64,000 nucleotides of DNA from the human T2T-CHM13v2.0 reference genome, Homo sapiens. Below, one piece after another: positions 50,825 to 64,000 of the stretch. The translations under genes were made by a program, and so were the position numbers. Location of the stretch: assembly GCF_009914755.1 (NCBI RefSeq), contig NC_060933.1; one strand, given 5' to 3'. Every line of letters starts with the position of its first letter. Position 1 is the stretch's first letter. A model generated the notes under the pieces. The model was not told the origin of the DNA and made no database searches. It was given only the letters and a program-made list of their open reading frames with translations.

Positions 50825-51188
<364 letters not shown>

Positions 51189-54100
51189 TAAGTCAGTTCA
51201 GAAATGGGTCCTGAAGAAGAGGGTGAAGGGTTAGAGGCAACAGCTTCAGCTCTATTTGAAATCTTAATTCATGACATCTCGTTTCTGAATGGTGAGACAT
51301 AAAGATCACCACTTACATGTCATTAAGCACAGAACCCTTGATAAATTAATGAGAAAACACATTCTCACTTCATTTTATGAAGTCTAGGTTATATGGCTAT
51401 GTCCCTCCTCACATGTATGTACATTAGCAGTAAAGACACACCTCAGCAGGTCAACTCAGTTTTCCATGGATAAATTATTTTCTTAAGTTTCTTTTTGAGC
51501 CACACACACCAATAATACCAGACAGAGCTGAAATTCTGCCATCATTGTTTTGGAAAATGGTCAATTCTGTGCACTTATCCTAGATGAGTTCTTTTCCCTG
51601 AGAAGTGATTTTAACATTCTCTTGAATCCAGACAAACATGTGATGATTATATGTAGCATTTTCTCCAGAAACCATGTTTATTTTCACCACTGGGAATTAC
51701 TTTTCTTGGGCTTTTGTGGTACAATTTCCCTGAATGTGTTCCAACCATGTGCATAAACACAGCAGCAGTGTGTTACAAACAAATTCTACTCCTTGCCAAG
51801 TGTCCAGGAATATCAAAAGCAAATATTTCCTAGTATTGCTTAGGAGAGTAAAAAAGGAGTGATGAAAGTGAAGACATTTCAATTTGAATTGATACCACAT
51901 TTGACAATAAATTTCTCCAGGCAGTGACGACTGGATAGGACTTGAATGGAAGGCCCTCTCACCTTTCCCCTTCCACCTGAATTTTGCACCTGTCTCCAAG
52001 GGTTTGCCTGCACCTTGCCTCCGGAGGTCCTGTCCTCCAGCTTCGGTTATTTACTGCATCACATTCACCACCAATTGCTGCCCTTCTTCTTTCTGCCCTT
52101 TCACAGGCCAGACGTTGGTTTGTTCATCCATTGGGAATATTTATTTATTAAAATCAATAAATACATATTTATCAGTGTAAAACATACTTATTATTCAAAG
52201 AATCAAACAGAACCGAAAATCTCACAATGAAAAGAATAAGTCCCCTTGCCCCTCCCCAAGGTCCCCCAGCCCAGCTTCTCAGAGTCACTCACTTTTAAAC
52301 TTCTTAGCAGTTTCTTCTGCTAGTCACCTCCATAGCTTTTAGTCAGTATGCTCATATAATTACTTCTTGATTTGATCAATTTTATTAAGTAATTGTGAAA
52401 TGATTTTCTGTAATGACAGATTTTCTTGCCTCATGTTTTTGTCTTCTCTCACATCTTATCATACAGTTGAATCAATAATCAATATTTTTATTACTAGGAT
52501 AGCTATTTACATATTGTTCACTGAGGCCCCAAGAGGTGAATATACAATGTGTCCATTTCCTGTTTTGTGGAGCTTTTTGTTTCTGCTGGAGTTTTTAATT
52601 GCCTCATTTTTCACTTGTATATTTTCTAGCCACATATTTTTGTTATTGTCCCCAAATGTTCAATTTTTATAATTTGTTCTACTAGATTTCTCCCTTTCCC
52701 CAAGAGTCTTCCCTTCTGCATACTTCTATAAACCCGTCACATCTGGGCTGCTTGCCCTCTAGGCCTGTGGCGCATTTCTCACCCTAGAGCTGCTTCTTAC
52801 TCTCCTGGGTGGGGCCTACTGTTTCTTTGCTTCCTTGTTTTCCTAATGTTACTGGACATTATTTTCAGTAGCTATTTAAGGAAGGGCCAAGAAAGGTCAA
52901 TTTTATGAATCTTTATATGTACGAAAATTTCTTTAGTCTGTCTTTACATGTGATGAATACTTTGCTGAATGTATAATTTCAGGCTGAAAATAATTTTCCC
53001 TTGGAGTTTTTTAGGTATTAGTGTCTTCAGGAAGATAGCAGGCAACATAACATCTTCACTGATAATGAGGTGGTAAGTGAAGGCCTTAACTTTAAAGTTA
53101 AAGATTTAAAGATGCCCCTAGTTCCACCTCCTTTATACAACTCATTCACCTGTTTGCTTAACACTGAGCCAGTGCTCGGTGCTTCACAGTGGTCATTCTT
53201 TACAGGCTGAAGGGTCTTTGCCTAGGTGGTTTGTGTCTATCAGTACATCCAAATATCTTTCCCTTTATAAAAAATAGTGTTTGTCATTTTCTCAGCAGGG
53301 TTTTTTTTTGTTAATTTTTTTGTTACGAGATAGTACCCCCCACACCCCCCAACTTGTGGTTGTCTTTCCTTTCAAATTGGAATGACTCGTCTATTTCTCA
53401 ATAGATCTGAAGGACTGCTGCAGGTCGTGTTTTCTTCTTCAGTTTTGCTGGCAGCAAGCCAGGGTTGGGTGCCAACAGCACAGGGTGACACTGAGGCCAG
53501 GGCTGCAGGGTGTGTTTGGGTGAGGCCTACATGTTTCCTCTATAGAGCTGCAGTGGAGACAAGAGCCAAGACAAGGAAATTAAGGAGCAGCAGAGGAAGG
53601 GTGGGCATGAGGATGTGCTCCTGGTTGCATTCTAACTCTCTCAAACACCCTCTTGGGTCCTTTCTGCCCAGTGATGGAGCCCAGGCACCAGGCTGGCATC
53701 AGGTCTCAGCCCACTGCTGAAGGGAGGGAGGGAAGGAGAATAAAACTTGGCCTGTGTGATAGCATGAAAATCAATTATAATTTTGAATTTGGAAAACAAA
53801 GCTCTGACCCTTGAAAGACAGACCACCTTCAGAAAGATGCTTCGCAAACAAATTTAAGATCCAGGCAGGGAACAGCATTTCCTGTCACCAAAAAACCCCT
53901 GCAAGTTCATTTCCCTCCAAAACACGATTTCTGCAATCTTCTGCTTTTCCAGGCACATAAGCCACTGCCTTAAGCTCCTGAGGTACATGGTAGAAGAGGA
54001 CAAGGACAGTTGGCTCTGGTTCCTATGTCCCTGAGTGTGTGGGTGGGCCTCTGGTCCCCATATCCCCGTGCGTGGGTCAGGACCTGGTCTGGAGCGTCCC

Positions 54101-54516
54101 TGGGTGTGCAGGGAGGGCTGGTCTCAGGGTTCCCCAGGTGTAGGTGGTGGGATCTGTTCCTTTTTTGTGGTCATCCAGCAGGGTGTGCATGTGGTCAGGG
54201 TGGCACACAAGGTCCTCTCAGAACCTCTTCTTCATGCTCATCGTGCCTGTGGAATGTCCCAGGCCAAACACAGCCTTGAGGGACTCTGAAGGGTCCTCCA
54301 TGGCTGCAGCCCTTGCTCTTGCTAGATGTGTTTTGTCTGTGAAGATGTTTCCATATAGATTCCAGGCTGCTGAGCAGGTCTCTCCTATGCAGGCAGGAAA
54401 TGGGGTTGCGGGGAGGGGCAAGAGAAGATAGAGACAGTTGGAGGTAGGGTACATATGGAGATGATTAGTTTGGTGATCTTCAGTGGTCAATGCACTAAAG
54501 ATCATGGGAAAGGAAC

Positions 54517-54872
54517 TGTTATGGCCTGAATGTTTGTGTCCCTTGAGATTCCTGTGCTGAAACTGACTCTCCAGTGTGATGTCAGTAAGAGGTGGGGCCT
54601 GTGGGAGGGGATGAGGTCATGAGGGTGGAGCTCTCGTGAATGGGACTAGTGCCTTCGTGAAAGAGACCCCAGAGAGCTGCCTCACCTCTTCTACCACATA
54701 GCGAGAAGGCGCTGTCTCTGAGGAAGGAGCCTTCACCTGGCCAGACAACACGTCTTCTGGTGCCTTGATCTTGGACTTCCCAGCCTGTAGAACTGTGAGA
54801 AATAATTTTTTGTTGTTTATAAGCCACCTAGTTTATGGTATTCCATTATAGCCACCCAAATGGATGAAGACA
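54517..54872 (+). mobile_element. MaLR LTR (MLT1A0-like)
   Basis: tgttatggcctgaatgtttgtgtcc...ggacttcccagcctgtagaactgtgagaaata. Confidence 0.85.
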
Positions 54873-56228
54873 GGAACTAATACCACTCATGGGCTGAGCT
54901 TCCCCAAAGGCAAGGCCCTGCCAGGGAGGTTGGTTGGTGGAACGGCAGGAGTGGTGTCAGTCCTGCCTGTTCTCTCCCAACAGCTACGCAGACACACAGA
55001 AACTTGTGGATTTCGTGCAGAGGGGCCATGCTCTGTTTTTAAAAATTCTACTATTGATGTACTTCAACAGGGTCCAGGTTGTCTCATTACCTCGTCTTTA
55101 AAGTCTTCAATAATGAATAAAGTGAATAGGAGCTGGCAGAACAATCCTTACCTCTCTCCTGACTGTGGAGGTCTTGTGGGTGGGAGATGACACATTTCTA
55201 TACCATCCCTTTTCTGCCCACAGAAAATAGTGGGAAAAGATACCCAAGAACATCACACAAAGGAAAGAGAGATTTGATCTGCCTCTGTCTGCCCTGCTGG
55301 GCTGTGGGGCAGGGTGCCCTGGGCCTCAGTGTCTGCTCTATGCATGAGCAGAGAAGGCAACCAGCTGTGGGCAAGGGGAAAATGGACCCTAATTCTGGAT
55401 TTAGCCTCAATAGCTTGTGCTGCCCAGAATTCTCCTTTGCTCATGGCAGATTGTGGTGTGTGTGTCCACGCTGGAACAGTGTGAGCGGAGGGGTGGGGGG
55501 TATCATTTTCACTTGGTTCCATGGAGAAACCTCAAGGGAAACTGAACTTGGGCTCCAAATCTTAGTTTGTTCTACCACTCCGTAGCCTTTTCTGTTGACC
55601 CCATGTCCTGCTAGGATACTTTTGTGTCCCAGGATTTGCTCTGGTGTGACAAGAGGGCCAGAGTTAAACAGAGGGGCAGAGAAGCTTAAAAACTGGAATG
55701 TTCCCAGGGATGGTGCCAAGGTTGGTAAGCAAGGTTGAAAATGGGGCTGTGCACACACAGGGTACAGGGGAGAGGCTCCAGTTTCCTCTTCTCTGCAGGA
55801 ACTAGAAACCAGCTTTAAATGTGCCCCTTGCCACATGCACACCTGTGATGCCTCCAGAAGTCCCCACTGGCCTGGCCTTGTGTAGGGGTGTGTAGACACG
55901 CCTCTCACATACCCTGTCCCCCTGGGGTGAGCCTGGCTGAGGGCAGGGCTGAGCGTGGTGTGGGGCAACCCCAGCATCACCCCTGTTCTAGATGCTTTCA
56001 GGGAGGGTGGCCCTGCAGGGATCAGAGGGCTGGCACACACAGGCTCCAGAATCAATGCAAGGCAGTGGGGAAGACCTCTCAAATTTCTTGCGAGCCACCC
56101 ACTGTGCCCATCTGAGGACAAGGCCCAGCAGGGAGCCACTGGCCCCACTGCCTTGCCTGTGCCCCACTGTACATTGACACCTGGAATAGGGCATGGCTGT
56201 CACCTCACTTATTTTTACTATTTCCTCT

Positions 56229-57173
56229 TGATAGAGGCAGGAGGCAGAGAAACTCTAGACAGACAGGAGTTGGTCCCTGGTGAAGCCCCACTTTCAAGCC
56301 AAAAAGCCTGACACCCACGGCTTAAAGTGAGAACTTCCGTCCCTCTTTGCCTACTCTCTCCCTATTAGTTTTTTCTGAGTAATGTGTTTTTTCCATTTGA
56401 ATGTTGCCTTTTCCAAAACTACTTATGGCCTGCCCCACCCCCCATCCTGTGCTTATAAGGACCCCAGATTTAGCTGGTAGAGAGAAGCAGCTGTACTTCA
56501 GAGAGAGGCAACTTGATTTCAGAGGAGGGAGGCAGAGAGGCTGCTTGACTTCAGGGGAGAGTGACCTGTCCTTTCCATCCCCTTTCCAGTTCCACTCTCT
56601 GCTGAGAGCCACTCTCATCACTCAATAAAATTTCCACATTCATCATCCTTCAATTTGTTCATGTGACCGCATTCTTCTTGGAACTGGACAAGAATTCAAG
56701 ACCTACCAAATGTGGGTACCAAAAAGGCTGTCACACTGGCCCTTTGCCCTCACTGGTGGAGGGCAGCTGCCCCACGCAGCGAGACAAAAGGCCCACTGAG
56801 CTGATAACACACTGCTGTCTGTGGACAGTAGAACTAAGTATTGCAACATGCCCTCTGGGGCCTTGGGATCGCAGGCGCCCCCACCTGGATGCTGACACAG
56901 GGCCTGCACTGAGTTTTCTCTGCTGGCGCCAAAATGGCCAGCTGGTTCCTGCATTGGCTTGCCTACTCGCTCCCTCTGGCAAGAAATGGAGTGTGGTGGG
57001 CTGGAGTAAACCGAGTTTGCTCTTGTCTGCACAGAAGCCAGAATTGGCGGGCTGGTTCCTGCACTGGTTCGCTCATGTGCTCCCTCCTGCGAGGGGTTGA
57101 GCATGGTCAGCTGAGTAAAAGGGGCACCCTTCTCGTGAGTCCCGCAAAAGGGTCAAGAAAATATCCTGCCTCA
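56229..57173 (+). mobile_element. Solo ERV1 LTR (MER52/LTR27-LTR28 group), 945 bp, TSD CTCT
   Basis: TG...CA termini; CTCT at 56225-56228 and 57174-57177; TATA-like cttataag near 56452 and AATAAA near 56624. Confidence 0.85.
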
Positions 57174-58405
57174 CTCTCATCCATGTCCCCTGGAGAGCAT
57201 GCACCTCCAATGCCGATGCTCTCTTGGGAGCAGGAAGAGGGAAAGTGAATCAGGAATATTGGGTGATTTTAGCCTTTGGTCAGACATACTTTATGGCAAA
57301 TTTCCACCAAAGAGGCAATTTCAACAAATACAATATTCTGTGGCAGACACTGCTTCTTTCTCTAATTCGCATAACACTAAGAAAACATTTCCCTCTATTA
57401 ATGGAGATAGGAAAGAGACAGATAATGGATCCACTGGCAAGGCGTGGCTGCCCTCCACACTATTGATTTTTCTAGCCATGAAGTTGTCTCAGGCCAAATG
57501 CAGTCAGCTGAGAGGCAGTAATGGAGGGGGAAAGCGTCTATCGTGTGTATATGTAATGCATGCTGCTAAGTTGATGAATCTTTTGGAAGGACTCTGTTTG
57601 CTGTGGAAAATAGGCCAGGGTATGCAGGCCATCAACTGCGTGGAAGATTTCATTAGAAACAGAAATTCTCCACTCAATGTGGGCATCGTTTTCTGCCTGC
57701 CGACTCTGTGGCTTCCTGGCAAGGCCAGTGAATGAGGACCCTGCAGCAGCTGCGCACATTTCGACAACAGTATTTTGTTGAGTCTCAACACAGAATTCTT
57801 TCATTCTTTAACACAAATTCTGAAATTGAGATGGGCCTTACTATTAGCAGCAAAATAGACTTGCTTGGTTCCAGGCAGAGGATGGAGCTCAGAAGCTGTG
57901 TCGTTGCTGTGAGGACACGAACGTGCCATACATATGACTGTGGACCAGCTCCCTTCGTGTGGGCAGCGTTGCAACTGGCGGCATTGTAGTTCAACTTTGT
58001 GCTCTTTACTTTGACCTAATGTGTCATCACAAAACCCCACTATAAAATTATGTAGCTATACTTTGTTGTAAGTTAAAAATTATATGTTGTACATACAATT
58101 TATCTGTTTTTATATAAAATAAAAGTTAAGCTTCACGGAGGAAATTGCCTGCTGTGTTCCAGCCAGGAGAGCTCAAGAACCTCCCTGCGCTTTGCAATGA
58201 GTGAGGGGCACCTTATGGTCCACTGAAAAGCAGAGTTTCCAAGTCAGGAACAACTCTCTGTTAAGAAGAGGGCTCACGTTTGAAGGAAACTCATCTAACA
58301 GTCACATAGGATAACTGTGACTTAACCAAGTGGCAAATGAGCATGAGGTCCTGGCATTTTTGAGGTATGTTTTGAAATAATTTCTATCCATGTAGGACAG
58401 GGTTC

Positions 58406-58730
58406 TTTTATTTTTTTATTTTATTTTATGTTTTTAGGTTCAGGGAGCATGTATGTGGGTTTGTTACATGGATAAATTGCATGTTGCTGAGGTTTGGGGG
58501 TGAGTACTACCATGATATCATCACCCAGGCAGTGAGCATAGTACCTGATAGGTAGTTTTTTGTGTTTTTTTTTTCAACTTTTATTTTAGGTTTAGGGCTG
58601 GATTACAAAAAAATCACTGGTGGGTTCTATGCTTAGTACCTGGGTGACAAAATAACCTGTATACCAAACCCCTGTGCACGAGTTTACCTGTATAATGAAC
58701 CTGCAGCAATGGGCACACAGAGGGGAACAA
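58406..58730. mobile_element. Rearranged L1P 3'-end insertion with 17-bp TSD
   Basis: CATGTAGGACAGRGTTC at 58389-58405 and 58731-58747; both antisense and sense L1 3'UTR pieces inside. Confidence 0.8.
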
Positions 58731-60082
58731 CATGTAGGACAGAGTTCAAACCTTAAGGGATCAGGAGCAGGAGCAAGAGTTGGTAAAAATAAAAATAAAA
58801 GTCTACCATCTGCGGCTGGGTGAAAGGTCAGTGGGCCGGGGCATTCCCAAACTATTCAAACTCATTCTCAGGACTCGGCTGCCAGCAGAGGAAGGATATT
58901 ATTGTCAGTTGTGTGCGTGTTTCAGTGTTGTGTTTTCCCTCTCAACCCCCGAAAAGCTGATCTCAGGAGGAGCTGGGGAGCTCTGGGCTCTCCTAGACCA
59001 GTCTGAGGATGCCACATAATACAGAGTTTTGGGCTTTTGGAAAGACACCGAGATGCGCTCTGCGAAGCCTTCTCAGCCCTGATCAGTGGCACATGGAGGA
59101 CGCTGACCCAGGCAGCACAAGCCTGCCGGCAGCCTCTTTCCATGCAGCGCTGTAATTTCTAAAGAAGGGAATCCGCACGGTGAGACTTGGGTGTATAAGG
59201 CATTCTGGGGTTGAAAAATCGAAAATCATGATTAAAAATGACCTATCGGCATCTGTGCAGAGCCTGTAGACTGGCACTGGGGGCTATGTGTCACCTCGGC
59301 CCATTGGATCTTATTGATTTGTCTGGTCATTCAGCCTCTGGTCGTTCAAGCCCAGGGCAGGCAGCTCAGCAGGAGCAACAATGGTGAGTGTGGGGTGCAC
59401 ACCTCTGCAGGTCAGGCTTCTAGGGCAAAAGGGAATTCCAAAAGCCTTTGCCTAAGACACTCTCAGAGTAACTGATTCACAGACAAAGATGAGATTGCTA
59501 ACATTTTTATTCTTGTGATTTCGTGAAGCAGGAACAAGTGCAGGTAATTCTGCAGGCTCAGGACTCTGAACGAATCTCCACTGGGGATACAGGTACACAT
59601 TCCATCTGCATCTTTCAGGCAGACAAGGGGAATGAGCAAGGAAATTCTCTGCCTTTGAAAAAAAATGCACCTACAAAAAGGTGCAAAAGCTAACAAAGAA
59701 ACAAAAAAACAAGCAAAAAACAAAGACAAACCTGGTTCTGTGTCAAGGCTTTGCAAATGCCAAATGGAAAGTTGGTTTTTCTTTGCAGCTCCCTGCAGCC
59801 TCCTCCACCTGCCCAGAAGCTCTAGAGACACTGCCTGGGACAGATTCTTGGCAGGTGGGATTTGTGGGGCACCGTGGTTCTCTTTTGCCCCTGGAAATGG
59901 TAGGCTGTGCTGGGGAAGAGAACGTGTAGGTCCTCAGGGTCTTTGCTTTCTTGAGGAAAAAAATGACTCAGCTTTCTTGGTGGTTAGAGCCCACATAATT
60001 TCATTTCAAGGGCTTGTTTTATATGTGGGAAAATTGCACATACACCCAATATACGATTGTTGAGGGTTTTTATAGATCCCCT

Positions 60083-60101
60083 TCACCACCAGGGGGCCCA
60101 T
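60083..60101 (+). promoter_or_regulatory. CTCF-like motif TCACCACCAGGGGGCCCAT
   Basis: Exact CCACCAGGGGGC core at 60086-60097. Confidence 0.55.
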
Positions 60102-60739
60102 AACTCCAGGTTAAGAATACCCCGAGAGAAAATTTTGCAGAGTGCAGGAAATGAAACCAAACCATATTTCCACAGACACCACAGTTAATATTTTGCTTTT
60201 CTTTTCAGTCTTTCTCAAAATTTTATGCTTTCAAAAAGCCCTTTTCCATAAAAATTATTCACAAACTCTTTTTTGATGGCTACATAATACTCCGTCTCCA
60301 AATCATAGTTTACTGTTGGATTTTTAGGCTGTTCCCATTTTTTGACCATTAGAAACAGCACTCTTGTCATCACTGTGTGGATATAATTTTGTCTCTTTTT
60401 CATTTAATTTCCCTTGCATATACTTTTAGAAGTGGAACGACTAGGTCAGAGATTTAAATAATTTTTAATTTCTTGATACACATTGTTAAATTCTCATTTT
60501 CAGATATGTTGTCCCAATTCTCAATTTCAACAATAGTAGAGTGAGTGGAGTGGGCTTCCTATGCCATCCTTGCTGTCATAGACTGCTAGCATTTTCAATG
60601 TTTACAATTTCTTGGGTAAAACATGCCATTCCAGTGTGGCTCAAATCTGAACTTCTTTAATGACTGTGAGCGCAAACATTCATACAGGCACTTGTTTGCA
60701 TATTTGTTTCTTCTTTTTTGAAGGTTCTGTCTCTTGTTT

Positions 60740-61105
<366 letters not shown>

Positions 61106-61468
61106 TAAACTTTCTCCTATTTGATGTCAACATTTCCCCTTTTGCTTACTGCATTATTTAATTTTGTTTATAGTAATTTCAGTTCTATTAGTTTTTTTGC
61201 TATTTTTTATGCAAAATCTCCTACCCCTATGCAAAAGAAAGGTAACTATTCACCTACAGTTTTTCTAATACTTCTATGATTTCAGATTTATATTTCACCT
61301 TTTAATCCATTCAACATTTATCTTGATATGTAACATGAAGTTAGACTAGAAAGCTGATTTATTTTCCCTCAATAAGATCAATAATTTTCCTAGCAGCAAG
61401 TATTGACTAATCCATTACAGTTTGGTTTGTGATTTGTAAAATATGTTAAGTTCTTATCAATAGAAATA

Positions 61469-61960
61469 TGTGGTAGGCAGAATTATAAGACATCCCTGAA
61501 GATCATGCACATCCTGGGACTATGAATTTTCACTTAATGTCTTTTGTGACAAATTTTACTCTTGTGATTAGGTTAGGTTACGCAGTATGTTTGACCTCAG
61601 ATAGGGAGACTCTCCTGTCGGCTAACCTAGTCACATAAACCCTTCTCTGGCTCTGCTGGCCTAGAAGACAGCAGAGTGCCTGTAGTCAGTCAGTGAGGAG
61701 ACATGTACCCTAGGCCCATGGCTACAAGGACTGGATTCTGACACAAGAATAATGAGCTGGGAAGCAAATATTTACCTAGAGCCTTCAGAGGAAGACTCAG
61801 CCTGTCAACATCTTGATTTTATGTTTGTGTGACTCTGAGTAGAGAACCCAGCCATGCCATTGCAAAATTCTGAGCCACAGACCTGTGAGCTGGTGAAGTG
61901 TTGTTTTAAATCATAAGTGTGTGATAATTTGTTACACAGCGTTGAGAACTATTACACCTA
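61469..61960 (+). mobile_element. MaLR LTR (MLT1, older subfamily)
   Basis: tgtggtaggcagaattataag...taatttgttacacagc. Confidence 0.75.
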
Positions 61961-62243
61961 CATATCCTGGTATATATACACCTGGTATAATGTGTTCAAA
62001 TTAAATTTGAAGAATACAAAGTCATTGCCAGTGGAAAAACTGGGTGAAAGAGGTGGTTCCTTCCATGAGACGGAGCAGTGTGTCATGCGGCACAAAGGAC
62101 ACTAACAAAACAGCATTTTTTCCAGAATTACAAAAAGCATAGAAAGAGCTCCTGACACCCTTCAGCCAGATTCTCCAATTTTTCACATTTTACCATATTT
62201 GCCTCATCATTCCTTCTCTCTGTAGATAGAGATGCAATTGTAA

Positions 62244-62270
62244 ACACACACACACACACACACACACACA
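62244..62270 (+). repeat. (CA)n microsatellite
   Basis: About 13 units. Confidence 0.95.
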
Positions 62271-62289
62271 GGTCTTTTTTAATTCACAA

Positions 62290-63420
62290 CACTTCTGACT
62301 CACACCAGTGTGTTGGTTTTTTCCACACCAACGACCAAGGGTTCTGCAACTCTCCAAACACAAACTGGGTGTCCAGTAACTCAGTCCTATTTTTGTTGTG
62401 GGTGAGCAGTGACTGCCTGGGCCGGTGGTGCAGGGGTAAAATAATTTATCAAGACAGTGGTAGGCAAAGAAAGGCAGATTTATTAGAGGAAGTAGGAAAA
62501 TACGTTGTAAGAAAGCAACAGACAGAATCAGCAAGAGAGGAGCTGACTGCAAGGAGACAAAGGCTTGGTGGGGATTTTATAGAATAGTGTTTATGCTATA
62601 AGCTGAAGAAGGGTTTGTGCAGTGCTGAAAATGATGAGGTTCCAGTGAACTCGCTTGCAGGTATCCGGTGACAGTTGGGCACAGGAAGATCGTGAGTTAT
62701 TTGCACAGGAGGGCCATGTGTCCTGGACCATGAAGAAAGGCAGACTTAGAGCTTATCTGTTTCCTCTTTTTGTTTTCCCTTGGTCCCACTAGCCCTTTCC
62801 CTAATGAAGACTCCATAATTCTGACATGAACTACCTGGAGTTAGCTGACCCCACAGGTTTAAGGGCTCAGTCCCACGAGATAGCCCCCAGTTCAGACTCC
62901 AGTTGCAAGAACCAGGTCCTCAGTTTGCCTACACTTCTGTCTACTTTAGCTACAAAATTGGGGTTCCCACACACCCATTCAGGTTTAATAACTTGGTAGA
63001 ATGACTTGCAGAACTTAGAAAAGTGCTTCACTTACTGTTACCAGTTAATTATAAAGGTTACAACTCAGGAGCAGCCTGAAGGAAGAGAGACATAGGGCAA
63101 GGTATGCGGGAAGGGCAGGGAACTTCCATGCCCTGTTTGGGCATCTCATCCTCTCACCATCTCCATGTATCCACCAGCCCTGAAGCTTTCTGAACCCCAT
63201 AATTTGTTTTTATGGAGGCTCCATTACATAGGCACAACTGATTAAATCATTGGCTATTAGTTATTAACTCACCCTCCAGCCTTTCCTTCCTCCCTAAAGG
63301 TCAGGGGTGGGGACAAAGTTCCAAGTTTCTAATGAAGGCTTGGTCTTTTTGGCCACTAGCTCCAATCCTCAAGATATCTAGGAAGCCACCAAGAGTTGCC
63401 TCATTAGAATAAAAGATGCT
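62290..63420 (-). mobile_element. MER21-type LTR interrupted by another LTR (~62394-62816)
   Basis: ccccacaggtttaagggctcagtcccacgaga is the reverse complement of the MER21 segment at ~24721-24750. Confidence 0.7.
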
Positions 63421-63424
63421 TCAC

Positions 63425-64000
63425 CCTCCATTCCAAGATGGCCAAGTAGGAACAACTCCGGTCTGCAGCTCCCAGCATGATTGACACAGAAGACAGGTGA
63501 TTTCTGCATTTCCAACTGAGGTACTGGTTCATCTCATTGGGACTGGTTGGAAAGTGGGTGCAGCCCACAGAAGGCCAGCTGAAGCAGGTGGGGGCATTGC
63601 CTTACCCGGGAAGTGCAAGGGGCTGGGGGATTTCCCTTTCCTAGCCAAGGGAAGCTGTGACAGACTGTACCTGGAAAAACGGGACATTTCCGCCCAAATA
63701 CTGTGCTTTTCCCATGATCTTAGCAACTGGCAGACCAGCAGATTCTCTCCCGTGCCTGGCTGGGTGGGTCCCATGCCCAGGGAGCCTTGCTTACTGCTAG
63801 TGCAACAGTCTGAGGTCAACCTGTGAGGCTGCAGCCTGGCAGGGGGAGGGGCATCCACCATTGCTGAGGCTTGAGTAGGTAAGCAAAGCGGCCAGGAAGC
63901 TCTAACTAGGTGGAGCCCACTGCAGCTCAGCAAGGCCTACTGCCTCTATAGACTCCATGTCTGGGGGTAGGTCATAGCTGAACAAAATGGAGCAGAAACT
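63425..64000 (+). mobile_element. 5'UTR of an L1PA element (L1PA7/8-like), running off the window
   Basis: CAAGATGGCC YY1 site at 63434-63443, then taggaacaactccggtctgcagctcccagc...gtgatttctgcatttccaactgaggtac. Confidence 0.9.

Noticed and set aside
55441-57735. 235-aa (-) and 178-aa (+) ORFs
   Set aside because: No recognisable motif or exon structure; likely chance. tBLASTn or PhyloCSF would settle it.

Overview
Primate (almost certainly human) genomic DNA containing NXNL2 (nucleoredoxin-like 2, RdCVF2) on the + strand. A CpG-island promoter with a G-rich ~34-35 bp minisatellite (~505-1243) precedes coding exon 1 (ATG 1537 to 1838). The phase-2 donor after 1838 has three in-frame fates visible in the sequence. 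(i) Read-through CAG-TGA gives a 101-aa short form. (ii) Splicing to 10481 gives the 156-aa thioredoxin-fold form with CxxS in place of CxxC. (iii) Splicing to an exonised antisense Alu at 37191 gives a 135-aa form, probably followed by a non-coding terminal exon from ~41096. The rest is intronic or intergenic and dense in repeats: about 40 Alus, nested ERV1/MaLR/ERVL LTRs, L1/L2/MIR fragments, two MER3 elements, and an L1PA 5' end at the right edge. Almost all other ORFs in the track are Alu-, L1- or GC-repeat artefacts. I see no clearly new biological system. The best leads are the three-way split-codon switch, a perfect palindromic RFX X-box cluster in intron 1, the promoter minisatellite, candidate Alu poison exons, a ~330-bp tandem duplication, tightly spaced inverted Alu pairs and a divergent CTCF motif pair. 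Repeat family names come from recalled consensus sequences, and repeat boundaries are approximate unless a target-site duplication (TSD) is quoted.
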